Of a stretch of 64,000 nucleotides of DNA, positions 11,401 through 23,700 are shown in pieces. Source of the stretch: Monocercomonoides exilis PA203 (lineage: Eukaryota; Protista; Preaxostyla); NCBI GenBank assembly GCA_001643675.2, contig LSRY02000003.1, positions 992,001-1,056,000 on the forward strand. The letters are read 5' to 3'. The notes below the pieces were generated by a model, which saw only the letters and a list, made by a program, of their open reading frames with translations, was not told the DNA's origin and did not search any database. The position numbers and the translations under genes are program-made. Positions within the stretch are counted from its first letter, which is position 1. Every line of letters starts with the position of its first letter.

Positions 11401-14400
11401 ACAAAGCGAGTGTTGGAAGAGATATGTATTTTGTGTGCGAATCATTTGTCGCTTCTGTGAAAGAGCCCATGTTCGCCTTCATGAGAAGCATCACTCAGAA
11501 AGACAACTCAGTTGTTGGACATGACAGAACAGAAGCATTCGGTGATTGGAATGTTGATTTGTTCATATTTCTCGATGGATACTTTGATGATACAATATTT
11601 GTGGATGGAATATCTGGTGTTGAGGAGGTGTATTGCGGGTTGGAGAAAGCTCCATGTTTGAATGTGAATTATGGAATGGGGCATTTGAAAAAAACGCTGA
11701 ATGTTAAAGAGGAGATTGTTGTGTGCGAAAAATCGAATTTTACTGGATGTGTGGATGTGAGTAATATGTGTGTAATGGCCAAGGCCGAAACAATTGTGCA
11801 GATTGAATGTCAAACAGAAGCGAGTGGATCTGAGGAATGTGTTCTGAAATCATCATCACTGACAGAAATACAGTTCATTGGAATTGTTATTCCATCGAGT
11901 TTTAACAGAACAATCACATCAGTGATTGAATCAAATACTCAAAATGGTGAATTGCGCATGAAGAACTGCGCAATGAGTGTGATTGGAGGGAAGGGAAACA
12001 CAATTGGGTTTTTCTTGATCAAATCAACAGGGAAGATGATTGAACTGGATTCTGTCACGATATCAGATGTAAAATCCACTGTTTCATTGTTTTCAATTTC
12101 GCTTTCGTCTGGAAATGTGAATGATCAGAACTACAAGATGAAACTGTTGAATTGCACACTGGAAGGTTTAGAGATTGATGGAGGTGAAGAGGCAACAGTG
12201 TTTGGAGGGAGTGTGGGAGTTTGGATGGTGATGAATGGAAGTACAATTGATGGGGCATTGTCGGAGAAGAGCAAAGAAGGAGGAGCACTGAAGATAGTGT
12301 TGAGTGCAGAAGGATACATTACAATTGAAGAGAGCTCATTTGTTGGATGTGTTTGTGAGAATATGAGTGAGGGAGGTAAAGGAGGAGGGATATATCTGGA
12401 TTGCAGTTCATATGAAGAAGCATTTCAACTTTCATCGATATCATTTTCTGGATGCTCAGCAACAGTTGGGAAGAACATGTTTGTGAAGAGTGGGAATCTG
12501 GTAAACAGTGTGAATGCAGAGCGTTTTGCATTTGATTGTTCAGATTTCGAAGAGGATGGGAATGCATTTGTTGGGGAAGATGGGAAATATGGAGAAATGG
12601 ATCTGCGAGTGTTTCTTGTTTCTTTGAAGTGGATGGCTGTGTCTGTATCGACTGGTGGACACGACACATTGGGATGTGGAAGTGAAATATTCCCATGTGA
12701 ATCGATGAAAAGTGGAATTGACCACATTGATAGAAGTGGAACAGATGGAGTAAGGAAAGTGAAAGTGAAAGATGAAGTGACAGTTGAAGATATTTATTCC
12801 TTCACAGATGCACTTGCGATTGATGGATGTGTGAATGAGGGAGATGAAACCAAGCACAAGCCAATTCATTTTGAAGGTCCAATCAAAGGGAATTCTGCAT
12901 CATCTGTTATTTCATCAATTCAGCCACTCGGCTTGTTATCTTTGAAGTTACAGATTCCAAGTCAATTTGAGCCAAATATGAATACGCTGATCTCATCGAG
13001 TGGGATTCTTCAGCTCGTTAACTGTTTATTTGAAATTCAATCAGCAACAAATATTATTCAATATTCGTTGATAACCACAACAAGTGGAAGTTGCACATTG
13101 AATGGATGCAGTTTGACAGATTGTTCGTTTGTCATATCTCCATTGGTATTAGCTTCTTCTGTTATATTTGAAAACATCAACTTTACAAGTATTGCAAACA
13201 CTGGAAGCGGTGAAGGAGGTGTTGCAAAAGTGATATTGCAAGGGAATGAAGATTTGGTAATCAAATCAACAAATGCGTCATTTTGCTCGCTTTCATCAGG
13301 CAACGGAAAAGGAGGGTTCTTGTATTTGGGTTGTCAAAATTGTTTGAATGAGAAGCCATTTATTTTTGATACTGGCGTAACATTTGAGAACAACAATGCA
13401 GCCATTGGAAAGAATATGTTCATTTTGGGAAAGGATTTTAATTCTTCTGTAACAAACGATGCGTTTAAGTTCGATTTTTCTCAAATGATAAATGATGACA
13501 ATTTGTTTGTTGGAAGTGATGATTTTCATTCAGGCAAAGATTTGTTCATATTTCTGATTCCATACAACTCAATGGAGATATTTATCTCATCAGAAGGATT
13601 TGATGTGGCGCGTTGTGGAAGTGAGGAAGAGCCATGCTTCACAATGTGGAAAGGGATGAAAAATGTGGAAAAGGAGATTGGAAATAAAACAATTCAGATT
13701 GAAGAATCAACTATTATTCAAGATTCATTCAACATGTCCAATTATCAGATCAAAAAGAGTGTAAAGATGGGAGAAGAAGATACAAAAGCCAAATTGAATT
13801 TTGAAAAAGCAATTGGAAGTCAACTGGAATATTTCATGGGAAATGATGATCATTTTGAATTGGCAAATATCCAATTACAACCATCAACTGGATTTGACAA
13901 TTCAGCCATAACAATTATTTCAAACAAAGGAGGAGATTTGGTGATACGCGAATGTTCATTCTATTCAGAAGCAGGAGTGAACAATGGATTTGATTGTGTA
14001 TTTGTGGATGCGATTGGAGGCAGTGTGGAAGTGAATGATTTGTCGATGGAATCATGCAATGTTGGAAACAATATTTTTGTCATTCATGATACTGGAATTA
14101 CTTGTTATTTCTTGAATGTTCGAGTAGAATCGTTGAATGAAAGTGGAGGTTGCATTTTATCGATCAAGAAATCTGAACAAGGATTGAAGATAAATGAAGG
14201 AGTAAATGAAGATGGTGCAAATATTGAGATTGGCAATTCATCATTTTCGGGAGTGAAGAGAATTGGAAATGGAGCAAGCATTTTGGAATCAAAGTGTGAG
14301 AATAAGATTTGTTTGGTTGTGAAGGAGAGCAGCATTATAGAAGATAAAGCAGAATTGGGTGAAAAAGGAGGGGTAATATTCTTCACATTGGGTGCATCTG

Positions 14401-17400
14401 GATCAATGAATTTGATTGGCTCAACAATCAGCCATTGCAGCTGCAGCAACAATACAGGGAAAGGAGGAGGAGTGTATTTGGCAACAAAGGAAAGAGGAGA
14501 ATTGAATTTTTCATTTGTGGGTATGAAATTCAGTGCGAACACAGCAAAAGTGGGAAATGACATTTTCATTGAATGCTTTAACATATCTTCACAGATCAAT
14601 GAAACCCAATTTCAATTTGATCTTCGAGAAGGCAACTACAATCGTAGTAATGCAATATTTGGAAGAGATGACTGTGATTATCCAAGTGACACCGACCTAA
14701 TTGGATTTGTGACGATTCATCAGAGTGATACGATCATTGTGAGCAGCTTGAATGGATCGAATGAAAAACAGTGTGGAACAAGCATGCTTCCGTGCTATTC
14801 AATTGAGCATGGCCTGATTCATTTGACTTCTGATTTCATAAGTCAAATGATTGTTGTTGAAGAGAGTGTGATTGGCGGAGAGATAAATCTGGAGGAAATG
14901 AGTTTGAGCTCGAAAAGCAGAGGTTTGTGTGAAGTTGAAGTGAAATCAGGAATTGAAAGAACGAGAGAGACTTTGATTTCAACAAGAGAAACAGTCTCAT
15001 TGGTGAGAGTGAACTTTGTATTTGATTCGAATTTCATCTCTTCTCATGAATCATTTATATCACCAGAGGGAGGCATTCTTGAAATGATGAATTGTTCATT
15101 CAGTTCAAAACTACTGGTGGAAGATGGAAATGCAGAATTTGCAAACATTCCATTTCATCTCATAAATATGGCAAAGGGAGAATTACAACTTGATGGATGC
15201 ACAATATCAAATCTCATTCTTCATGAATCTGCATTATTTCTCTCATCACCACTTCCATCAGTGATTTATTTATTAACAATTTGCAATTCAACAACAGAAA
15301 CCTCTTTGATAGATGCTTATGAATGTGGACAATTAACAATTAAAGATTTCAATACAGAAAATATCACAGTTGAAGGAAATGAAGAATCATTGATATCTTG
15401 CTTGTCAATGAAAAAGACGATGCAATTGGCAAATTGCACAATGGGCGGAGTCAGTTCAAAGACAACAAAAGGAAAATTGATGAAACTTGAGGATTGCACA
15501 GATGTGAAAATGGATAGTTGCATTTTTGATGGAAGTTCAAATGAAAGAAATGAACAATATTTGAATGAGGAAGAAGATATGTGCAGATGGGAAGGATCTC
15601 TTGTGGATATTGTGAAGAGTTCTGTGATAGTGAAAGATTCAACAATCTCGAATTCACCAGAAGGTGGAATAACAATGAGTGGAGGAAATGTGATAATTGA
15701 GAAAGGTGAGTTTTTGAATAACAATCCATCGATTGAAGGATATCCATCACTGAGAAGAAACATCATCTGTTCAGATTCAGGAACATTGAATGTGATGAGT
15801 TTGAAAGGAGGAGATGGATTGAAGGATAATACATCTCTTTGTATGTTGAATGAAGGGTGCAGTTTTGAAGGTATTGTTTCAGAGAGAGATTCATCATTCT
15901 TCATTCCAGTGTTGGAAAGCGTGGAAGCAAAAGAAGAGACAGATAGAATGAAGCTGACATTCAAAGGATTGCTTCTTATTCCGTGCAACTTATCATTTTC
16001 AGTTGTGAAGAGGAAGGGAGAAGAGAAAGAGATTGAACATTTTGATTTTGACTCAAATGGGTTTTTGTCAGAAAGAGAAGCAGAAGGAAGTGTGGCAAGA
16101 GATCTGATCAGTGGTTGTGGAAATGAAATCGAAGTGAGCGTGTGCGTTCTGTTTGGGAATTCAAATTCTCCTTCTTCGACAAATTCATTCATCTTGAAGA
16201 ATGCAACTGTATCTGAATCGAATGGAGATGGCAATGTTGTGAAAGGAGACAACAAAACAAATTCATTGTGGATTGTGATTGCTATTATTATATTTGTTCT
16301 TTTTATTATTCTGATAGGATTTGTTGTTGTATCAATTCGATGGAGAAAGGCAAAGAATGAGAACAAAGATCTGAGAGAGATTGTGAACGATAACATCAGA
16401 AAAGATCCGAAGGCATTTGAGATGGTGACAATGGAGATGTCGCCTGAGGAGCAGTGGAGGAGGGCAGAGAAAGAGGCAGAGAAGAAGAATGAGGAGAGGA
16501 TAAAGAAGAGGGTGTATGAAAAAAGCTTGGGACATTCAGAGTCATCGGAACATTTATTGAGTGAGAGTGGTTCCACTGAATATATTCTGGGGAGGGATTC
16601 AGACAAGATTCCAGAATGGGTGCTGGAGAAAGTTGATGAAAAAGAGGAAGAGGAGAAAAGGAAGCAAACACCATCGCCATCCATCTCATCCACTTCAACG
16701 ACAGATACGTCAGACACAGAATCCACTTTTGTTCGGAGAGAGGACTTGTGCCCAACCACTTCGTCCATGTCGAATCTGGTGGATGCAATGGCCTGTTCAT
16801 CGCCTTATGAAAAGCTGATTGTAGATTTGAGGGATTCGCTGTTCATGTTGCTTCATGGGAGGAATGAGAAAAAAGATCTGGCGATTGGCACATTGAAGGA
16901 GAGGGAGCTGACAGGAGCGCAGATGCTGTTCTGGGTGGCAAATGGAGCGTTGCACTCGCTTGAAGATGAGGAAGACGAACTTCCCTCTTTGCGAGACCTG
17001 AGTCCGCACATTGTGCTGTTCTCGGAGCACATGGTGATCTGCATTGCGCTCCACTCCGACTGCTCCTCTTCATCTGATGATTCGGATTCATCCACAATCT
17101 CATCAACCACGATTGTGACATCTGCAAGTGAGGATGATGATGATGATGATGAAAGAGATTCTCTGCCATCATCAGCGTTTGAGGATGAGGAGGAGAAGTG
17201 GAAGGAGTGCTTGAGGTGGAAGGCGCCCGAGCTGGTGATGAACAGGAAGATGGGAGCAACAGAGAAGTCGGTGGCATTCTCGATTGGGATGATGCTGTGG
17301 GAGTGTGTGACACTCGAGATCCCGTTTGGAGAATACGAAGGGGAAGTGGCAGGGCAGAAGATTGCTGATGGAGAGAAGCCGTATGAGAGGGGGATTGAAG

Positions 17401-17648
17401 AGAGTGAGTTGAAGAATATGGTGAATGCGTGTCTGTCAGCAGAGCCATCGAAAAGGCCGACACTCACAGAAGTGAAGAAAGAGCTGGTTGGGCTGTTTCC
17501 AGATGGGATATTTGTTGTGACGATGACAGATGCAATCATTCTTGAGGAAAGCAGCGAAGAGCAGGATGAAGACAGAGGGAGCAAAGAATGTGAAAAAGAA
17601 GGGAAAATGGAAGTGAATGAGATGAAAGACAAGTTTGGCAATGGATGA
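8496..17648 (+). CDS. Large single-pass surface protein with beta-helix/pectin-lyase-like (GGA-motif) repeats and a cytoplasmic kinase-like (pseudokinase) tail
   Basis: Intronless ORF. Signal peptide MKAACNIVALLLLVVSCC from ATG 8496. Repeated GG(A/G)xY/F...F..N.A..G.(D/N) and CG....PC modules. TM helix LWIVIAIIIFVLFIILIGFVVVSI. Kinase C-lobe motifs LRDLSPH, WKAPE, FSIGMMLWE..TLEIPF, P.KRP. Confidence 0.88.
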   Translation: MKAACNIVALLLLVVSCCNDEGITERPYHQKWNKEMQRSKISIADKNNKGNINFYNSLEKVIKPAANHIYSVQTSLNIINTSLCVSLLNIIPLTGCPLLTAQHHSTASICSSTCTIHPPSLTNHHYRHCPLFLSAHASLALTNFSLTTHQPAILSFPLFSTPNNLLPHAHSPIPASFSISHSSFSSFVSLVQPFLFSTSSLSSPSPSPSPSLSSSPSSSSSSSSSSSFSSPSPSLSPSISSSSSPLHIHHQSHPHLQIHLNLHLSNTLFSNISSPQSPLSLPSLPSHSLNSFISTTSSSSLSSTNTNANSTPSFSLHSSLSFHSTIFKHTHNPIDGTILPNLNSPSTSLSAFNASFLHQTRSSPNAAVVHVGSESQRVKPGRLTSFDVNSHRFEWCEWNDSNGGNDHGGALKVFCVNANLTITSCSYSKCSTTKHGGALYCDYLLKVDIAKSNFTSCSAAHAGAAYLYCNQPNSVWTFSENRVESCKITDWCGTGWYFSLYSMPSDAQFLFSKCKCIANSGGNSAGSLTFLSPPHNKPNQFLVDDCQFIKNELTASSNYGGAAIYCYATYNWMSGNKFITFCFFDGNTATNGRGNDVFFYGSDITQSPFQQCGSTTESKRVWNNGQADNTVYNGWLPIIDQNKIVSNGGSDVDACGKTQQSPCATVEYALGCIAPFSDASLSLLISTFTPTKTLTFRAPNTRITGNGTIATTIASSGIPQPQNPHSHSSHSSQSASSFSSFSSISTFSSPDPSASSALFQQTQGSLTVSALALAHNSTNQITPILFHLSQNSPSLNLNTTTITGTTSITIKTPLFFLTAGSLALNHTAITSLTLNSQSIFHLTSLTNPLTLNSSSITHITSTATPASCVLSSATSPALSLSLSLANCTITNINSAPQNQQTATNGGCISFASSVSANTFSVSDTTFSSCSVSEDTSSGGRGGALMIEFNEGSQVSESSFSITNIVFSANKASVGRDMYFVCESFVASVKEPMFAFMRSITQKDNSVVGHDRTEAFGDWNVDLFIFLDGYFDDTIFVDGISGVEEVYCGLEKAPCLNVNYGMGHLKKTLNVKEEIVVCEKSNFTGCVDVSNMCVMAKAETIVQIECQTEASGSEECVLKSSSLTEIQFIGIVIPSSFNRTITSVIESNTQNGELRMKNCAMSVIGGKGNTIGFFLIKSTGKMIELDSVTISDVKSTVSLFSISLSSGNVNDQNYKMKLLNCTLEGLEIDGGEEATVFGGSVGVWMVMNGSTIDGALSEKSKEGGALKIVLSAEGYITIEESSFVGCVCENMSEGGKGGGIYLDCSSYEEAFQLSSISFSGCSATVGKNMFVKSGNLVNSVNAERFAFDCSDFEEDGNAFVGEDGKYGEMDLRVFLVSLKWMAVSVSTGGHDTLGCGSEIFPCESMKSGIDHIDRSGTDGVRKVKVKDEVTVEDIYSFTDALAIDGCVNEGDETKHKPIHFEGPIKGNSASSVISSIQPLGLLSLKLQIPSQFEPNMNTLISSSGILQLVNCLFEIQSATNIIQYSLITTTSGSCTLNGCSLTDCSFVISPLVLASSVIFENINFTSIANTGSGEGGVAKVILQGNEDLVIKSTNASFCSLSSGNGKGGFLYLGCQNCLNEKPFIFDTGVTFENNNAAIGKNMFILGKDFNSSVTNDAFKFDFSQMINDDNLFVGSDDFHSGKDLFIFLIPYNSMEIFISSEGFDVARCGSEEEPCFTMWKGMKNVEKEIGNKTIQIEESTIIQDSFNMSNYQIKKSVKMGEEDTKAKLNFEKAIGSQLEYFMGNDDHFELANIQLQPSTGFDNSAITIISNKGGDLVIRECSFYSEAGVNNGFDCVFVDAIGGSVEVNDLSMESCNVGNNIFVIHDTGITCYFLNVRVESLNESGGCILSIKKSEQGLKINEGVNEDGANIEIGNSSFSGVKRIGNGASILESKCENKICLVVKESSIIEDKAELGEKGGVIFFTLGASGSMNLIGSTISHCSCSNNTGKGGGVYLATKERGELNFSFVGMKFSANTAKVGNDIFIECFNISSQINETQFQFDLREGNYNRSNAIFGRDDCDYPSDTDLIGFVTIHQSDTIIVSSLNGSNEKQCGTSMLPCYSIEHGLIHLTSDFISQMIVVEESVIGGEINLEEMSLSSKSRGLCEVEVKSGIERTRETLISTRETVSLVRVNFVFDSNFISSHESFISPEGGILEMMNCSFSSKLLVEDGNAEFANIPFHLINMAKGELQLDGCTISNLILHESALFLSSPLPSVIYLLTICNSTTETSLIDAYECGQLTIKDFNTENITVEGNEESLISCLSMKKTMQLANCTMGGVSSKTTKGKLMKLEDCTDVKMDSCIFDGSSNERNEQYLNEEEDMCRWEGSLVDIVKSSVIVKDSTISNSPEGGITMSGGNVIIEKGEFLNNNPSIEGYPSLRRNIICSDSGTLNVMSLKGGDGLKDNTSLCMLNEGCSFEGIVSERDSSFFIPVLESVEAKEETDRMKLTFKGLLLIPCNLSFSVVKRKGEEKEIEHFDFDSNGFLSEREAEGSVARDLISGCGNEIEVSVCVLFGNSNSPSSTNSFILKNATVSESNGDGNVVKGDNKTNSLWIVIAIIIFVLFIILIGFVVVSIRWRKAKNENKDLREIVNDNIRKDPKAFEMVTMEMSPEEQWRRAEKEAEKKNEERIKKRVYEKSLGHSESSEHLLSESGSTEYILGRDSDKIPEWVLEKVDEKEEEEKRKQTPSPSISSTSTTDTSDTESTFVRREDLCPTTSSMSNLVDAMACSSPYEKLIVDLRDSLFMLLHGRNEKKDLAIGTLKERELTGAQMLFWVANGALHSLEDEEDELPSLRDLSPHIVLFSEHMVICIALHSDCSSSSDDSDSSTISSTTIVTSASEDDDDDDERDSLPSSAFEDEEEKWKECLRWKAPELVMNRKMGATEKSVAFSIGMMLWECVTLEIPFGEYEGEVAGQKIADGEKPYERGIEESELKNMVNACLSAEPSKRPTLTEVKKELVGLFPDGIFVVTMTDAIILEESSEEQDEDRGSKECEKEGKMEVNEMKDKFGNG

Positions 17649-19370
17649 GAGATGAAAACAAGAAATAAGTTCAAAAATAAATGTTTAATAAGAATGATAG
17701 TTTTTTCATCACGTTTGCTGAGATTTTGATTAAAATTAAAATAGACTTTAATAAGTTTTGATATATATGTGATGGTAAGTTGAAGGCTAATGGTGATGTG
17801 AATTTTGAGATTTGAATGTTTTAAAGTGAGTGTATGATGATTTTTCGCAGATGACTTTTGAAAACTTTTTTAATGTTTAACATGCTAATTTGAACAAATC
17901 ATATTCAAACATGAAAAAAGAATCGAGAAAGTATTATTTTTATCTCGAAATGAAAAATGTCAATGTTAGATTTGCAGTTATCAGAAACAATAAAACAAAT
18001 TGAAAAAGGAATGTTCAAAATCAACTCTTTTAAAAGGCAATTAACTTAGTTAAATTCGTGGGAAAATATCCAATTTTAAAATTAATGAGGTAATTCAAAA
18101 ACAAGTTTTCATTGTATCTTCATTTTATTATTTTTTTTTTCTTTTTTTTTTTTTCCTTCCTCCATATATATAATATATTAATAATGAATCCGAACGTTGT
18201 CAGACATTTCATAAAAAATTGTTGGTTTAGTCATCTGAATTATTGCATACTATTTTTTTTATTGGGATTCAAATAACAATTTTTAACAAAATAGAACTTT
18301 AACATATTTATTCAATAAAATTTCAAATATTAGATCAATTTGAATTATGTCCAGCTTTTTTGAATTGACTGAATCAATTCTGATTTGGCTCAATCTTATT
18401 TGTAATTAAAAAATAAAAATTTATATAACAAATTTGATCATATTTGTGAAATATTTAACGTGTATTTTAATGTTAAGCAATTTATTTTTATCAACATTTT
18501 TATCCGTTATTCGCATGGCAGTTTGCTATATATGGTTGGTATGCATTTAGCTCTTCGATGTGAAAAAGTCCGAAATTATTAAAGTTATTTTTATTGTTTT
18601 ATCGTACGAAGGAACAAATTGCGAATGTTTTTGCTCCTTCAAACTTTTATAATCAACGATTTTTTTTAAGTTCTCCTAATCTTATATTTCTCCTTTGCTT
18701 TGATTATGTTTTTGATATTTACTAAGTCTTTCAACAAAATTTTCGTTGCAGACAAATTTTTTTAAAACTATTTTCGTTATCTATTAACATATTTCTTATT
18801 ATAAAAGCTATTAATAGCATTGTGGAGTTTGTATAAATTTCTATAGAGTTTGTTTTTTTGATTTCTGATGTATTTAAATTTAAGTTTTATTTATTACGAT
18901 TAATTCTTTTTAGCATTTCAAATCAATCATCAATAAAGAATAAAAAAAGAATATCCATTTTTATTTGTGTTTTTATTGTTTGAACAGCAGCTAATGTTGA
19001 ATATCGAATTTTGAAAACATCGAATTGGTGAAACTTTGCTTTTTGAAAATGAAATCACAAATATATTGATTCAAATACATTTGAAATGCATAGTTTTATG
19101 GAAATCTTTTGATAACTTAGAGTCGAAAAACAACCAAAAATTTTTGATCATTTTCCCAGAAGTGAATCAATCTGCATTGATTCAATCAATTCAAATAAAT
19201 ACAATTCATTTCGAATTTTTGTCTTTCTTTTTGGCTTTGTTAAGGCAAATACCATGTGATTTTCACAAACTGGATAAGGTCTAATATTTGTTAATTACTG
19301 ATTAATTTTTAAAATGGGTTAGAATCAGTTTTTCATACGAAAATACATTGTTGGAAGTTGTTAGGATAAG

Positions 19371-20708
19371 ATGTATTGTGCTAAAAATGAAAAATGTGAA
19401 AGAAACATGGTGAAAAAAATGTCAAAGAGGCCATATGATTCGATGTTTCTGACGTCTTTTCCACCAAATGATAATTGCACAGATGCAAGTAAAGAGCAGA
19501 CAAAGTCTTACATGTTCAGCTCGAAATTGCTCGCCCAAAAGGAGATACTTTCGCAGCTTGACTGTGAACTGGAACAAATGAAACGAAAATACGAATCGTT
19601 AAATCAAGCTAGATATCGACAAAAAAGGCGGCTGGAAGACATGAAAATGGAGTTGAGCAACAAAGGGAAGAAAGGGCATGGATTGGGGTTTGAAACGGTT
19701 GGGGTATATAAGAATAAGGCGGATGTCCAAGCCAATTCGACAAAAGAAAATTTAAAAGAATTTCAATGGAAAGGAGACGTAACGTTGCGTTCAGATTTAA
19801 GTTTGTCCTTGAATAAGAACACGAAATTTATGGAGGTTTGCAACAAAAATTTTTGACATTTTCATTTTCAAAAATTATGAAAAATTCAACATTCAGGACG
19901 ATGGATGCATCATGAATGTGAGTGGTGCTCATTCAATATGTGCGATGAGTGCTGTATTTGATGGCCACTCATCAGACGGGAAAAGTGGGAAAAGTGCAGC
20001 GAAATTTGCTAAAAAAAATCTTCTTTCAGTTTGAAAAAGAAAATATTGAAATTTATTTGTTGTATTTTGTTAAAAAAATTTTTTGTATCTTTTTATTTTT
20101 TTTCAATTTGACTCCAAAAGACGATTTTATCGAATTATGATAGAGAACACAGGAAAGGGGACCCTTTTGATATTAATATTGAAAAAGTTCTTGGTGATTC
20201 ATTTGAGGTTTTAAAGAATATCTGTTTTTTCTTCAAAATTTACGGAATATTTAAAAATTCAATTTTTTTAATGTGGAACGGAAATTATGTATTTTATATT
20301 CACTTGAATATTTTCATAATTTCTTTCTTACTTTCTTTCTTTTGTTTTCAAAGGAAGTAGAAGAGAAAATGCTGGATGAGGAAGAGGATCTGTTTGAAGA
20401 AGCGGGGACAACAGCAAGCGCAGTGATTGTTCAAGCTACAGGCAATGAGCAATACGACCCGATTGGCCGGCCAATTGCTTCGAGCAGCTTGAGCTTGGAG
20501 GGAGAAAAGAGACAAGAAAATCAGAGTGAATTTGATGTTTTCCAGTCGGGGAATTGCGAGCTGTTCTGTGCAAATGTGGGAGACTCAGAAGTTTATGTTT
20601 TGTATGAAATTTCAATTTTACAAATTGAGTTAATAATTATCGCAAAAATCATTATTTGATTTCAATACAATTTTATAAAAATTTTATTTATTTATTTATT
20701 TATTCACC

Positions 20709-20742
<34 letters not shown>

Positions 20743-23700
20743 TCCTTCCAAATTATATTTTCTGCAGCCCTTCAGACCCAACGAGCCAGCCTGTGAAGCT
20801 GACCACTTGCCACAACGTGTTCAACAAAGAGGAGGTTGAAAGGTGTCGCGATTCAGGAGCAGAAGTGGTTGAAGATGACGGAACAGAATACGGAAACAGA
20901 GTGAATGGTTTGTGAGAATATTTGAAAATGTTTCGTTTTCAAAAAATAAATAAATAAATGTGTTGCTATATTTTTTGTTATTGTTGTAGTTATTTTGTAT
21001 TCCTTATAAATGCATTTATTTTTGATCGTTTCTTTTTATTTTTTTTTTTGTATTTAATTTTTTAATTTTATCATTGAAGGATTGCGAGTGACTCGCTCGC
21101 TGGGAGACTTTTTTTCGGCGCCGACAATTTCGCAGCCGTTTGTCAGCCACATCAGCATCACGCCTGAGACAGGATGTGGGGCAGGGTTTGCCCGGCTGAA
21201 GGAGAAGAAGAAGAAGGAAGCCGAAAGCAAGAAGAAATGTGAAGAAAAAGATGGGGGAGACAAAAGTGCGAAGGGGAAAAGCGCGAAAAAGCAGCCTTTG
21301 AAGATGAGCCACACACAGGATTTGCCGGAGAAGGCAGAGGGAAAAAATGGAAAGAAGGAAGAAGAGAAAGAAAAGGAAAAAACAGAGAGAGAAATCAGCA
21401 AGAGAATAATCCCTCCTCCGCTGTGGGTGGTGATGGCAACAGATGGGGTGTGAATGATAAAAATAGTTTCTTTCTCTCTTTCTTCTTTTTTCTTTTAAAG
21501 TTTTTTATTTTTAAATGGAAATATCTTGTCATTATGTTTAGTCTTTTTTCATTGAACATTTTTTTTTTGAGTGAAAAGAGAGTTGGGGTTGATTTGATGT
21601 ATTTAACAATTTTGTGCTTGTTCTGGGTATTCATTTTGATTTCATAATCAATCACTATTTTATTAAACCTATTTTTATCTTTTATTTTCTTTTTCTTTTT
21701 CTTTTGATTATTTATCAATGGATTTCTTGTAATTCCCAGCTGTGGAATGTTATGAGTGCATCTGATGTTTCTCAAGTTATTCAGAAGAAATGCAAAGTGA
21801 AACTTTCATTTGAAGAGGAAGCCTCAACCGACGCTCCATCAACAGCTGGATACTCAAAAGTGCCTGGAAGCATTGCATCATCAACACCTTCTTCTTCTTC
21901 TTCTTCTTCTTCTTCTTCTTCTTCTCATTCATTGACTTCGATTGTTCTGCCTTCAGGCAAAATCGTCAGAGCCAAAAAGCCTCTACTTCCAAATGTGTCG
22001 TTCCCTGAGCAGTTTCCTTCAGCCAAGGAAATGGCATCTGCACTCATTCATTCAGCGCTGGAGCGATACGACAGCCCAATTGCAAAGTCCTCTCCACAAG
22101 GCTCACCCCAACAACACCAGACTTCTGCATCAGCTTCCATTTCTGCCTCTTCTCCTTCATCTCTTTCTTCTTCTCCTTCTCTTTCTGATAGCCAGAGGTT
22201 GCCTCAAACCTCAACCATTTCTTTGCCTGTTCGCGACAACATTGCAGTTGTGGTGATGAAGCTGGAGTGGATTCCGGCTGTGACAAAAGTGGCAGCGTCG
22301 ATCGGCCGCAAAGCAGACAACATCTTTCTCTCGTCGCTGACACTTGGGATGAAGCCGAAAAGAGGCTATTCGCTTGTCCCGCCTCAAATTCCTCCTCAGC
22401 CTTCTTCTGCTTCTTCTTCTGCTTCTTCTGCTTCTTCTGCTTCTTCTGCTTCTTCTTTATCATCAGCAGCAGCAATTCAAGCTCCGTCTGGCACAAACAC
22501 ACAGTCTGCTGCTATTCCATCGAATGAGAAAGAGAAACCTGATGTTTTGAATGAGAAAGAAGCAAAAGAACAAAATCAGCCAGAAATAGAAAAGATGCAA
22601 ACTTCGTCTGAATCTGCAGAAAAGGAAGAATTGGCGATGAAAACTCAAACAGACACTTCTGATCAGATGAATGGAGACAAAAATGGAGAGAAAACCGTTT
22701 CATTTTCTGAAAGTGACAAAAATTCAGTTGATCAGAATTCTGAATCAGTGCCATTGCAACAGGAGGAAACAGCTAATAGAGATTCAATTGAACATGAAGA
22801 AGAGAAACAGACTTCGGAGAATAAGAAAGAAGAAAGAGCAGAAGAGAAAAATGAAGAAGAAAAAGAAGAAACAAAAGAAGAAGCATTAAAAGAAGGGGAA
22901 AATGAGAAAGAGGTTGAAGAGGAAAAAGAAGAAAAGAAAATTGAAAATGAGGAAGGAGTTGAAGAGAAGGAAGAAAAGAAAGAAGGAGAAGAAGATGAAA
23001 AGAAAGAAATTGAAGAAATTGAAGAAACAAAAGAAGAGAAAGAAGAGAAAGAGGTCGAAAAGGAAGAAGAAAAGGAAGAGAAAACAGATGAAAAAGAAGG
23101 AGAAGTTCAAAAAATTGAAAAAGAAAAAGAAGAAGAAAGAAAAAATGATTCAGAAATGAAAACAGGTTTGTCTGAAGAAGAAGAAGCAAAAGAATTGAAG
23201 GTTGAAGGAAATGAACAAGAAAACGAACAAGTTGAAACAAATGAAACAGAAAATGATGAAAAAGAAGAGAAGAAATTAGAAAAGTTGGATGAAGCAGCAG
23301 AAGAGAAAAAGGAAGAGAAAAAGGAAGAGAAAGAAGAGAAAGAAGAGAAAGAAGAGAAAGAGAAAGAAGTTGAAGAGACTTCAAAAGAACAGATTCAACA
23401 ATCAGAAGAAAAGAACGAAGAAGAGAAACAGGATGAAACAAAAGAGGAGAAAGAAGAGAAAGAAGAGAAAGAGGATAGAAAAATGGTAGAAGAAATGAAG
23501 CAAGATATCAAAGAAGGCAAAGAAGAAGAAGAAGAAAATGAAAAAGTTGATGAGAAGAAGAAAGAAGAGGAAATTCTGAAAGAAAAGAAAGAAGGAGGAG
23601 GAGGAGGAGAAGGAGAAAAAGGAGAAGAAGATACACAAAAAATTGAAAGTCAGAAGGAAGAAGCGCAAAAAGATGCTGAAACAACAGATTTGGATGCAAA

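Noticed and set aside
15317-17674. Long antisense ORFs (483, 273, 206 aa) and alternate-frame Pro/His-rich ORFs in the large surface gene
   Set aside because: Shadow ORFs caused by biased codon usage and low complexity.
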